64,000 bases of DNA from Mobula hypostoma (lineage: Eukaryota), in contig NC_086097.1 in assembly GCF_963921235.1 (NCBI RefSeq), positions 109,060,001-109,124,000 of the forward strand. The letters run 5' to 3'. Position 1 is the first letter of the stretch. The number at the start of each line of letters is the position of its first letter. Both the position numbers and the translations under genes were made by a program. The notes beneath the pieces are model-generated. The model was given only the letters and a program-made list of their open reading frames with translations, was not told the DNA's origin and did no database searches. This document shows positions 24,379 through 36,700 of the stretch, piece after piece.

Positions 24379-26209
24379 GTACTTCTTGGAGTCTTGCTTA
24401 ATTTTTTGCTCTCCAGTAATCACTTACTTTCATGAAACAATTTTACAATTTTCTCCTTTACTTGTGAGACATTGAGGGCAGATGACTGATTTGGAAACAG
24501 ATGTTCATTTACAATTTGCAACCCTCCATCTCTCCTGAATTAATTTTAATAACTAGAAAGTTGTAATGGATGCAAGTATGTCTCAAATATGTTTACTTAA
24601 TTTTCTTGAGCAGCACACATAAAATGCTGGATAAACTCAAGTAGATCAGGCAGCATTTATGGAGAGAAATAAGTGGTTGATGGTTGACCCTTCATCATGA
24701 CTGGAAAGAAAGGGGACAATTTACAATGACCAATTATCCTACCAATTGGTACGTATCCACCTGGTTTCACCTGTCACTTTCCAGCTTATCCTCCTCCCAC
24801 CCCCACCACCTTCTTATTCTGGCATCTTCCCACTTCCTTTCCAGTCCGGGCTGGATGAGTTCCTTCAGCATTTTGTGTCTGTTGCTCTGGATTTCCAGCA
24901 TCTGCAGAATCTCTTGTGTTTAGTTTCATTTCAGCTAAATGAAGACAAGATCTAAAAGGGGCAAAATCTCTTGTATTTATAGTTTTTCAGATTGTGCCTC
25001 ATATTGATTTTTTAATTATCTGTTGTAGTGTATAATTTTTGCCAAAAGATCTGCAATCAGTGGATGTATGAAAACTGATGATATAGGCAGCAATTTTAGC
25101 CACCTGTTTTCTTTTTGTTGGTCAATAGAAAATCTTCAAATAGGAAGCATGTTATTGAGGGCAGGAATAATTTTAATTTTGTTTTCAGTTGCTATTCTGA
25201 ATCTGAACCTATCTTTGTCCCCATGCAATTCAGCTCATCTACTCTATAAAGCAGATATAGAGGCAGTACGGTAGGTAAGTGGTTAACACAATACTCTACA
25301 GTGTACCAGTGACCTGGGTTCAACTCCTGCTACCACCCGTAAGGGGTTTTTACATTCTCCCGTGACCCTGTGGGTTTCCTCCCACAGTTCAAAGGAGTAC
25401 CAGTTGATAGGTCAATTGTCCTGTGATTAGGCTAGGATTAATTTGGGGGTGGGTGGGTGGGATTGTTGGGCAGCATGGGGCTCAAAGGGCCGGAAGGGCC
25501 TATTCTCAATAAATTTTATAAAATTACAGATTCTCTTCATCCTCAACTGTTGGTAGAATTGATTTTCCAGTCTAGTCTTTGTCACATGCAGGGTCTGATG
25601 AGGGGTCTTGGCCCAAGGCATTGTCTGTTTACTCTTTTCTGTAGATGCTGCCTGGCCTGCTGAGTTCCTCCAGCATTTTGTATTTACTTTGATTTCCAGC
25701 ATCTGCAGATTTTCTCTTGTTTCTCAAATGCTGGGCATTTCCTTTCTGAGTCACTTCTTAAGCTACCTACAAAATTTGCAACATCTATTTGACCTTGGCT
25801 GTACTTCCCATTTGATACTTTCTGAGTTCCGGCCAGGGGTTGGAAATTAAAGGTCTGGAGGCGTCCTGTCCTGGGGTTGGAGCCCTGTCTGTGTGTGACT
25901 GGGTGGGAGGGAGGAATGGGGCTTGTTCTCCTGTTGCTATTTTTGATTTGTTGCTGTTGTTGCTTGTGTTGTTCTGCTGAACATTGAGGGCTTGCTATGT
26001 GAGTGTCGGACTGTCTGGCCACACTTGTGGGTTGTCCCCAGCACATCCTTGGGTTGTGTTTGTTGTTAATGCAAATAACACATCCCACTGTATGTTTCAA
26101 TGTACATGTGGTAAATAAATTAATCTGAATCTGAGTCAATCTTCACTGCATGTATACAGCGTGTGGTTTATTGTTCAACATTTCCAGCAGTCTTCAGCCT
26201 TAATAATAA

Positions 26210-26705
26210 ACATGAGAGATTGTGCAGATGCTGGAAATTCAAAGCAACATGCACACAAAATACTGGAGGAACTCAGCAGACCAGGTAGCATCTATGGACA
26301 GTTGAAGTTTCAGGCTGAGACCCTTCTTTAGGGCTGACCATCGATTTTTTGGACTGAGACCCTTCTTCAGGAGTGCTGAAGAAGAGGAGAAGAGAGTGGA
26401 CCACAGGAGAAAAGGAAGGAGGAGGGGGAGGGGACCCAGAAGGAAGTGATAGGCAGGTGAGAAGGGGTAAGAGGCCAGAGTGGGAATAGGAGGGGAGAGA
26501 AAGGGAAAAATTATTTTACTGGAAGGAGAAATCGATAACCATGCTTTTGGTTGGAGGCTACCCAGATGGAATACGAGGTGTTGCTCCTCCATTCTGAGGG
26601 TGGCCCTTCTTTTCCAGTCCTGAAGAAGGGTCTCGGCCTGAAATGTTGACTGCCTACTCACTTCCATGGATGCTGCCTGATCTCCAGCATTTTGTATGTG
26701 TTGCT
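26210..26705 (-). mobile_element. Penelope-like 3' end with a GIY-YIG C-terminal remnant and an inverted arm; related decayed copies at ~500-1330, 24010-24130, 24610-24920, 25590-25720, 32700-32830, 35110-35500, 35930-36210, 37760-37860
   Basis: ORF 26239..26790 contains RATLRMEEQHLVFHLGSLQP. Copies share the terminal motif gatgctgcctgacctgctgagttcctccagcattttgtgtgttgc. Confidence 0.75.
26615..26652 (+). ncRNA. Hammerhead motif variant (GUU triplet)
   Basis: CAGTC-CTGAAGA-AGGGTCTCGGCCT-GAAA-TG-TT-GACTG. Confidence 0.7.
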
Positions 26706-27391
26706 TCAGGCAGCCTTGCTGCTTTGCATGCCCCTGTGCACTTTTCTTTCTCATGCAGCAGCCATTTGCCCCTGGTCTCCCCGAAGGCACAGAGAGAACT
26801 TAGTATACATTTCTGGTCAGTGTGGGTAATATCGATCTCTAGATACTTATATCTATAAGTAGATATAGAGGGTATTTACAAGGATGGTGCCAGGGCTGGA
26901 GATTTTTAGTGATGATACCAAATTATCTAGGATGCTGTTGTTCTCTTTAAGGTAAAAGATGATGAGGAAAGATTTAGTTGAAGTGTAAAATCTTAAAATG
27001 TTTGGGTAGTGTGAATAAGAAGGTCCTATTGCCATCAACAAAAAAGGGCACATTTATGATAGTTCCTAGAGGGAATTTGAGGGATTAGAAAAAATTCCAT
27101 ATGTAGTAAAGGTCCAGAAATTGGTGCCTGAAAAGATAAAACCATGGACTTCAAGGCTTCATACTTGTGATCTGTGGGATGGTGGTGGGGGAGTGGTGGA
27201 TGTTAGATCTCTTCCTCGATATGAAGAGGTAAATGTTGCATCCTGTGCCATTCATATCTGGTTCCATGATTCTGTGTTCCATGTTCCTTTGCCCTTGTGG
27301 GCGAACTAATAGAAACCCCAGTGGTATTGCGCAGAACAGTGATGAAGTTAATCAGTCATGATGAAGTGGTCTCCTTTACTCTGTTTTTCAG

Positions 27392-27508
27392 AACATTGAT
27401 AAATGGACCTTCAACGTATTTGCACTGAATGAGGCCTGTGGAGAACACACACTTAGATTTGTTGTTTATGAACTTTTCACCAGATATGATCTCATCAGTC
27501 GCTTCAAG
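27392..27508 (+). CDS. PDE1C: PDE1C exon D (117 nt), start of the catalytic domain
   Basis: cag|AAC...AAG|gtgagt. NIDKWTFNVFALNEACGEHTLRFVVYELFTRYDLISRFK. Confidence 0.94.
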
Positions 27509-29549
27509 GTGAGTAGAAATGTTTTGACCTGCTTGAATGTACAATCATGTTGTTTACATATTGCAGTGCAAAATGTATAAAAATGCAACCCATTTGTTAC
27601 AGAATGCAAAAAAAAGTACTTTGAAATTCCTTTGGAAAATAAAGATCTTCAAATCTACCTGCTCTTTAAATACCTCAAGTGATCAGTTCTCCACAACTCT
27701 TCGGTTTAGAAATTTGAGAATTCCTGAGTTTCACCACCCTGCATGGGATGGGATTTAGATGATCACCCATCATCCTTCTGTGTTCTAAAGAGCTCAGTCT
27801 CACAGCACCGGTGACCTGGGTTCAACCCTGATCTTATGGTGTTCTTTGCATATTCTCCCTCGACTGGTGGTTTTCCTCTGGGTGCTCTGATTTCCTCGCA
27901 TGTTCCAAAGAGTGAGGGGAGGGGGATCTCATTGAAACCCATTGAATGTTGAAGGGCCTCGATAGAGTGGATGTGGAGAGGATTTTTCATATGATGGGGT
28001 CATGTAAGACCTGAGGACATAGTCTCAGAATAGAGGGACGTCCATTTAGAATGGAGAAGACAAGGAATTTCTTTAGCCAGAGAGAGGTAAATCTGTGGAA
28101 TTCGTTGCCACAGATGGCTGTGGAGGCCAAGTCATTGGGTATATTTAAGGCAGGGGTTGATAGATTCTTGATTAGTCAGGGCATGAAGGGATACAGGGAA
28201 ATGGCAAAAAATTGGGGCTGAGAGGGTAATGGATTAGCCATGCTGAAATGGCAGCACAGATTCAATGGACCAAATGGCCTATTTCTGCTCTTATGTCATA
28301 TGGTCTTATGTGTGGGTCAGTAGGTGGACTGGCTGTTATAAATTGCCTGTGGTATATGGAATTAAGTGAAAAAATGGAGAGAATCGAATGAGATTAATAT
28401 GGGATTGGTATAAATGGATGGTTGATCATTGGCATGGACAGTGGGCTGTAGGACCTGCTTCCATACTGTGTGATTCTGATCCTAGGAATACACATTCCTA
28501 GGGATAGCATAGGAGCGTGAGCGAGCGGGGAGGTTGTTGCTATGGTAGCAGAGTTGTTAGCGCAATGCTTTACAGCACCAGTGATTGGAATATTGGGGTT
28601 CAGTTCCCACTGCTGTCTGTAAGGAGCTTGTCATTCCTCCCAGTGACTGCATGGGTTTCCTCTCACGCTCCAGTCCCTCCCCCACATTCCAAAGAAGTAC
28701 GGTTCAGGATTACTAACTTGTGGGCCTGCTATACCTGTGCTGGAAGCATGGTGATACTTGTGGGCTGCTCCCGGCACGTCCTTGGACCGTGCTGGTCACT
28801 GGCGCAAATGGCACGTTTCACTGGATGTTGCGATGTTTCTCTGTACATGTGACAAAGTTAACTTTACGACTCACTTTTCGGTTGATGGAATCAAGGCTAG
28901 TGACATTTAAGTGCTGGAGAGAGCAAAAGAAAATAGTTCTGATTTGTTGAAAATTGATCTGGAGAAAGTATCTGATTGTCCATGTGCCAATCTCAGATAG
29001 AGAATTGTCTGTAAGTGCTACGCTCTTTGAGCTGCAGGTTGTTAAAAAGCAACAAGTACATGGCAAAAACAGCTGATGAAGAAGGGATCATGATGGAAGC
29101 CGCTGTGTAATATTACAAATGATGTTCATAATGCCTGGACAGTAGTGTTTGTAGATATCATACTGGAACCTACGTCATTACTTCATCACTCAGAATATGT
29201 TTTGGCTGTTACTTGTGCAATATAAGGCATTTATAAAATATAAGTCCCATTATAAAATGGCACATGCATTATTAAATCATGGATTATCTCCATTTTTAGT
29301 TTCAATCAAAGCCTATAATCTTCCCAACAGTTTTATAGAAATTTTAATGACAAACATTCCTTGTTACTCAAGCAAAGTACAAAGAAACCTCTCTACTTTT
29401 TCAGGGCATTCCTTATTGAGCAAAAGATGATGTTAAAAGATTTTCTAATAATTTTAAGAACCATGGAAGTGGGATGCTTTCATGAGAAACATAATTGATC
29501 TCTACAGGGAACTCTCTGGTAAATAAATGAATCTGAATATGGTCCTCAT

Positions 29550-31530
29550 CACTATAGTCATAGAACGATACAGCACGGACACAGGCCATTCTGCCCAATG
29601 AGTGTCTCCCAACCACAATGCCCATGAAGCTAGTCCCAATTTTCTGTGTTTGGAAGATATCCCTCGAAGTCCCATACCTCCATGTACCTATCCAATGCTT
29701 CTTAAATGATACTATTGATACTACTGTACCTGCCTCAGACTGCTCATTCCATATACTCACCACCCTCGGCGGGGCAGTGTTGCTTCTCTTGTCCTAGCAA
29801 TGTTCTCATAAATCTTTTCGGCCTTCTTTCCATTTTAACCATGCCTTTCATATAACAGAGTGACCAAAACTGCACATACTACTCTCAAGTGTAGCCTCAC
29901 CAAGCACTTATCAACTGCAACATAATGTCCCAATTCATCTACAATGCTCTGACTGATGAGGGCCAGCATGCTAAAGATATTTTTCACCACCCTGATTACA
30001 AGTGATACTGCTTTTAATGAACAAAGCACTCACACTCCTATGTGTCTCTGTTCCAATGCACTCCCTAGTATACACTCCTTAGTATAAGTCCTATATTGAT
30101 TCAAATTTCCAAAATGCATCATCTCACGTTTATCTGTATTGAAATCTATTTGGCACCCCTTAATCTACTTTGCTAACTGATTTACCTAATTATCTCTCCC
30201 TTGATTCCACGTGATCTAACCTTCCAGACCAGCCTCTCACAGGTGGACCTTGTTGAAGGCATTGCTAAATTACAAATAGATGACTATGCTGCCCTACCCT
30301 TGTATACCTGTTTGGTTACCTCATCAAAAATTCTGAAAGTTTTGTCATGCACAACGCACCACGCACAAATCCATGATGATTCCTCTTGATCAGATTCTGT
30401 CTATCCAAAATACTAGCAAGTCCTGTCCCTCAGGACTTCCTTCAGTAACTTCCCTGCTACTGATTTCAGGCCGATCAACCTATAGTTCTCACTTGTCCTT
30501 GTTACATTTCCAAAACAATGGAATAACATTAGCCACCTTCCAGTCTTCAGGAATTTTACCAGTGGCTAACTAAGAATCAAATATCTCTGCAGGGGCCTCC
30601 CACAAAGTCCAACAATGTACTCATCAGGCCCTATAAATTTATCCACTTTAATATGCCTCAGGACTACAAATACCTCCTCTCTGCTAACATGAATGTATTC
30701 CACACCGTCTCCACTTGCTTCCTTCCCTCTTGAGCACCACGATTTTCTCTTCAATAAACACTAAGAAGAAATAGTCATTAAAAATCCCACCCATCTCCTG
30801 CCTAACTCTCTCCTTAGGGAGCCTTTTTCTTTTAATCTGGCTGTGGAGAGCATTCTGACAGGCTGCATCACTGTCTGGTATGGAGGGGCTACCACACAGG
30901 ACTAAAAGAATCTGCAGAAGGTTGTAAATCTCGTCAGCTCCATCTTGGGCACTAGCTTGAGAAGTACCCAGGACATCTTCAGGGAGCGGTGTCTCAGAAA
31001 GGCAGCGTCCATTATTAAGGACCTCCAGCACCCAGGGCATGCCCTTTACTCACTGTCACCATCAGGTAGGAGGTACGGAAGCCTGAAGGCACACACTCAG
31101 CAATTCAGGAACAGCTTCTTCCCCTCTACCATCCGATTCCTAAATGGACATTGAAGCTTTGGACATGACCTCACTTTTTTAATATACAGTATTTCTGTTT
31201 TTGCATATTTTTAAAAATCTATTCAATATACCTAATTGATTTACTTGTTTATTTATCATTATGTTTCATTTTATTTATTGTTATTTTTTTCACTCTCTGC
31301 TAGATTATTGAACTGCTGCTGCTAAGTTAACAAATTTCACAACAGATGCTGGTGATAATAAACCTGATTCGGATTCTATTGAATCTCTTTGTATTTTCCT
31401 GGATCTGACCTGCCAGACCCATTTTCGTACCCTCTCTTTGGCCTCCCAATTTCCCTCTATTCTTAATCTTTTAATAGTCATCAAGAGATTTACTTTCCCT
31501 GACCTCTAAAACCCAAAGTGGGCTTCCTTC
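29550..31530 (-). mobile_element. Decayed CR1 LINE with a + strand Rex1/Babar 3' fragment inserted at ~30840-31380
   Basis: CR1 remnants (LALISQSI, IKVDKFIGPD). The insert reads ESILTGCITVWYG...ERCLRKAASIIKDLQHPGH..LSPSGRRY..FRNSFFP and ends in a (GATTC) tail. Confidence 0.8.
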
Positions 31531-33566
31531 ATTCAAGTTCAAGTTCAAGTTTAATTGTCATTGAATCATTTATGAATGCCCTTGAATACAGCCAATTGAA
31601 ACAGTATTCCTCTAGGGTCACGGTGCAAAACACAGTACCTACAGACACTCACAGTACAAGGCACTTATAGCACATACTGTATAAGGTAGCAGTAAACATA
31701 CAGTCACACCAAACAATATAATATAGTGCCAAGTCCCTGTGTGTCACGTCCTATAGATTGATGTTGTTGGCAAGAACAAGCCTACTGCAGTCTGCAGACA
31801 AATGTAATCCAGCTTGTCTTCCACCCAATGAACACTGGAGGCAGCACTGAAAGGAGCGGCCAGCACCCAGTCAGCACGGACTCCAGCGAGCCCAACACAT
31901 CTCTACTGTCTCCCACACCACCTTCGGCATCTCTACCCCGGGTTCTGCAACAGGCATGAGGCCTACTCTGCGCTAAACCCAAGGCCACACAGCTCCCCCA
32001 CCATCGGTCTCACCAATGAACCGGTGAATTGGGCTTGCAGTATTCCATATTACCAATGTTGAACAGGGTCTTGTAATCACATGGAAAATGTGATCACATG
32101 CTCCATTTGTTAGACTGCACATGCCTTGTCACACTGATTCCAACATCTTCCTGTAGCTGGCAGCAACACGATCCACAGATATTTGTTGTGTCCCATGTTG
32201 TATAACATGGGCAATCATAGTCTTTCCATCACCATGAATGTTCCTGGCAGATGTTTCTACAGAACTGGTTGTCCATTCCCTTCTTCTAGGCAGTGCCTTT
32301 ACAAGATGGTTGACCCCAGCCATTATCAATACTCTTCAGAGAATGTCTGGTGTCAGTGGTCTCATAACCAGGACTTGTGATATGTACCAACTGCTCATGC
32401 GACCATCCACTACCTGCTCCCATGGCTTCGTGTAGCTCTGATTGGGATGGGGAGGCTAAGCGGGTGTTGCACCTTACCCAAGGGTGACCTGCAGGCTAGT
32501 GGAGGGAAAGAGTGTCTACACCTCCTTTAGTAGAGACATATCTCCACCCCGCCACCCAAACGTTATTTATATATGTTTATTAACAATGTCACAAAGAAGC
32601 TTCTGATCTCCTTAGGTTTCAGCATCAGATTTGGAATGAGAAATGTTAAGAATTATACAACTAACAGGTTAGGGTGTATTTGTTGTAAGAGAAATCGAGT
32701 TAACATTTCAGGTTGAAGACCTTCTGTCAATTCTGACGTAGGGACGCTGACTAAAACATTTCCCCTAGTTCTCTTTCCACTGATGTGCTGGGTGTTTCCA
32801 GCCTTTTCTGGTTTTGTTTCTGATTTCCACTTTTATTAGAAATGGCCTCCTTAAACCCATTGGTTATGTCTCCTTTCTATCAGTGGGAAGAGGGTTGGGT
32901 CAGGTTAAGAGCAGCATGGGATTATACCTATAACCAGACTGTATGTAGATTAGTGATACTAACAGCTAACCTAGCATTATTGATCTGCTTTAGGACACAA
33001 ATTTCTCATTCATCTTCATAATTTGCCATGGTGGACATGAAGATTAGGTCTTTAAGGTTTTTAGACCAAAGTCACAATTACTAAAGACTTCACAAATATC
33101 TTTTTGTTTATTTATTGAGATACATTGTGGAATAGGCCCTTCTGGCCCTTTGAGCCACCCTGCCCAGCAGTCCCCAAATGTAATCCTAGTCAATTATGGG
33201 ACAATTTACAATGACCAACTAACCTGTCAACTGGTATGTCTTTGGACTGTGGGAGGAAACCAGAGCACCTGGAGGAAACCCATGCAGCCTGGCTAGAATG
33301 TACAAACTCCTTACTTGTTAACTTTATTTGAACAGAATTCAAAAGACATTTTGTTCGGTTTATTTGTGTTTATATTTTCTCTTCTTTTATTAGTTTGAGC
33401 TTTTTTTCTTGCTTCACTCAACAGAGTTTTAGTAGAACATATGGGAGATTGTCCCAGCTTTATATAATCTGATCACTGCAAGCCAATAAAACAGACTGCA
33501 TTTCAGCATTTTATACCAGTAAATTTTCTCTGCTGTCTCTATATCTGATGTTTTATTTCATTTCAG

Positions 33567-33707
33567 ATTCCTATTTCTTCCCTTGTGTCATTAATTGAAG
33601 CCCTGGAAGCTGGATATACAAAATACAAAAATCCCTATCATAATCTGCTACATGCAGCAGATGTTACCCAAACAGTCCATTCACTTCTGCTGAGAACTGG
33701 TGTTGTG
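33567..33707 (+). CDS. PDE1C: PDE1C exon E (141 nt), YHN..HAADV motif
   Basis: cag|ATT...GTG|gtaagt. IPISSLVSLIEALEAGYTKYKNPYHNLLHAADVTQTVHSLLLRTGVV. Confidence 0.95.
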
Positions 33708-36700
33708 GTAAGTACCATCCGGGTAATCCCTCTGTAAAATTGCATTTCTACAGCTAGTCTTCCAAAACCAAGGTACAAAGGCAACAGCTCCTTCCTTCAG
33801 GCTGCGGGTTCTAGTGAGTTTAACCGTTGACCAGGTTGTAATTGTCATGCCCCGATGTTGTGTTGCCTGAATGAGCTGCACGATCTAAATGTTGTACATT
33901 TGCGTTGTACATTGTTACAGATTTGGGTGCTTTCATCAGCTCAGAGTGTCAGCAGCATTGTGCTGCAGAGGAACCTGGCATAAATGGACAGGTACAACCT
34001 GTCCATATATACGTAGAGATGAGAGTTTGATGAATTTAACCTCTATATTTTCACTTTAATCTTATGAAACTTGTGTACAGAGATTTAAAAAATCTTACAT
34101 TTCAAAAGACATAAAGCAAGACAGTATGGATACAGGCACTTTGGCCCATCAAGTCCATGCCAACCATGAGCCCACTATCTAGTCCCAATTTCCTGTGTTT
34201 GGTCCATATCCCTGTAAGGCCTGCCCCTGCATTAACCACTTGGAACTCACCTGGTAGTGAGTTCTTTCTATTTATTAATTTACTTACTTATTGAGATACA
34301 GTGTGGGATAGGCCGTTCCAGCACTTCGAGCCACAACAGTCAGTAATCTCCCAGTTTAATTCCAGTCTAATCATGGGACAATTCACAATGACACATTAAC
34401 CTACTGGTACCGTTTTTTGACTGTGGGAGGAAACCAGAGCACCCGGAGGAAACCCATGCAGTCACAGGGTGAACATACAAACTCCTTATAGGCAGTGGCG
34501 GGAATTAAACCCAGATTGCTTGTACTATAAAATGTTGTGCTAGCCACTACACTACCATGTCATGACACTCCCTGTTGCCCCTCAGGTTCCTTTTAATTTT
34601 TTCTCCTCTCACTGGAAACATATGCCCCTAGATCTGGACTCCCCTACACTGGTGTAAAAGAAACTGCTACCATCCACCTTATCTATACCCCTCATGATTT
34701 TATAAATGTCTATGTCACCTCTCACTCCAAGGAACAAAGACCTCGCCTTGCCAGCTGCTCTCTATACTCAAGCCCTCCTGGCCACGCCCTCCTAAATCTT
34801 TTCTGCATTCTTTACAGTTTAACCATATTTTTCCTGTAACAGGGGAACAAAACTGTACACTGTTCTAGATGTGGCCTCACTAACAACATATACAACTGCA
34901 GCATGATGTCCCGACTCTTGTAGTCAAAGTCCTGACTGATGAAGGCCAGCACGCTGAGTGCCTTTTTCACCACCATGTCTATGTGTGATACTGCATACAT
35001 GTGCACGGTTATGAATATGTTCCCATACGTGAAGGTTTTGTACCAACGTATATTGTCCATCTGGATTTGGGTGCTTTCAGAGGTGTGTGTTTATATGTGT
35101 TCATATTCACCCTTAGGTTGGAGGAGCAACACTTTATATTCTGTTTGCCTCCAACCGGATAGCATGAATGTTAATTTCTACTTACAGTAAAAAAAATTCC
35201 CCCTGCCTCTTCTTCTATTCCCCACTCTTACCTCTTCTGACCTGCCTATCACTGCCCCCCCCGAGTTCCCTCCTCCGTCCCTTTCTCTTATAGTCCACTC
35301 TCCTCTCCTATCAGTTTCCAGCTAGCCTCCTCCTCCCTCAACTGTGGCGTCTTCCCCCTTGTTTCTCAGCCCTGATGAAGGATCTCAGCCTGAACTGCCA
35401 ACTGTTTATTTATTTCCACGGATGCTGCCTAACCTGCTGAGTTCCTCCAGCATTTTGTGCGTGTTGCTTTGGACTTCCATCATCTGCAGAATTTCTCGTG
35501 TTTATGTTCATATTTTCCTGTTGAATTTCTATAGGCTTCTCATAAACCCCAATTACATATATACATAGGAAATGGGGTTGAAAGGGAAAATAAATCAGCC
35601 ATGATTGAAGGTGCAGCAGACCCAAGGGGCTGAATGGCTTCATTCTGCTCCTATGTCTTATGATTTAAAGAGAAATAGAAACAGGGATAGTAAGATGGTA
35701 CACAGAGAGGAAACAAGACAGAGTGTGGGAATGAGCAGTTTTGTTTTTCAGGATGCAGCCTTTGATGAGGAGCACAGGCATTAGTGCTGTTCACAGTCTA
35801 TATCAGTGAGTCATATGGAAGGATCATGTGCAATATATCCAAGTTGGTGAATACAAAACTGGATGGCATTGTAGATGAATGGGCAAGGATATATCAGATG
35901 AAATACTAAGTAAAACAGAAAGTTATTTCGCAACATGAGAGAATCTGCAGATGCTGGAAATCCAAAGCAACACACACAAAGTGGCAGGTCAGGCAGTATC
36001 TATGGAAAAAAATGAACAGTGAACATTTCAGGCTTAGAGACTTCATCTGTATTTGTGTTCAGCTTCAAGCGGTCTATTGTAAACAAAAAAAAAATTCTGA
36101 GGAAGCAACACCTGTCCTGATGAAGGGTCTGGGCCTGAAATGTCAGCTGTTCACTCTTTTCCATGGATGCTGCCTGGTCTGCTAAGTTCCTTCAGCATTT
36201 TGTGTGTACTGCTAATAAAAAATTATTTACTTTGAGAGAAAAATAGGAAAATGAAATTTTTAAAAATAAAAATTGAAGGATATTGGTGCTGAGGAAGAAC
36301 AGGGTATTCTTGCTGATGAACTACCAAAAGTTAATAGGCAAGTTAAGTAAACAATTAGGAAGTTGGATGGCTTTCCTTTATTGCAGGAAGGGTTGAGTTC
36401 TCTTTATGTCTTTCTCCAATTACATAGCGCCCTGGTGAAAACGCATATGGAACATTTTGTACAGGTCAAAAGGAGGATAGACTTCTGGTTCACGGATTTT
36501 AGTGAAGGTTCACAAACTGGTTCACAGAATGATGGGTTCGTACTGTGAAGAATGATTAAGCAGACTAGACTTCACTAGCTTAAAATGACTGGTGGCCTGT
36601 TAAAGCATTTATGATTTTTAAAAGGTTTACCAAGATAAGTTGTTGATGATTTTCTCTTGCTTGGGTGTCCAGAACCATGGGTCACAATTAGTGGATCCAA

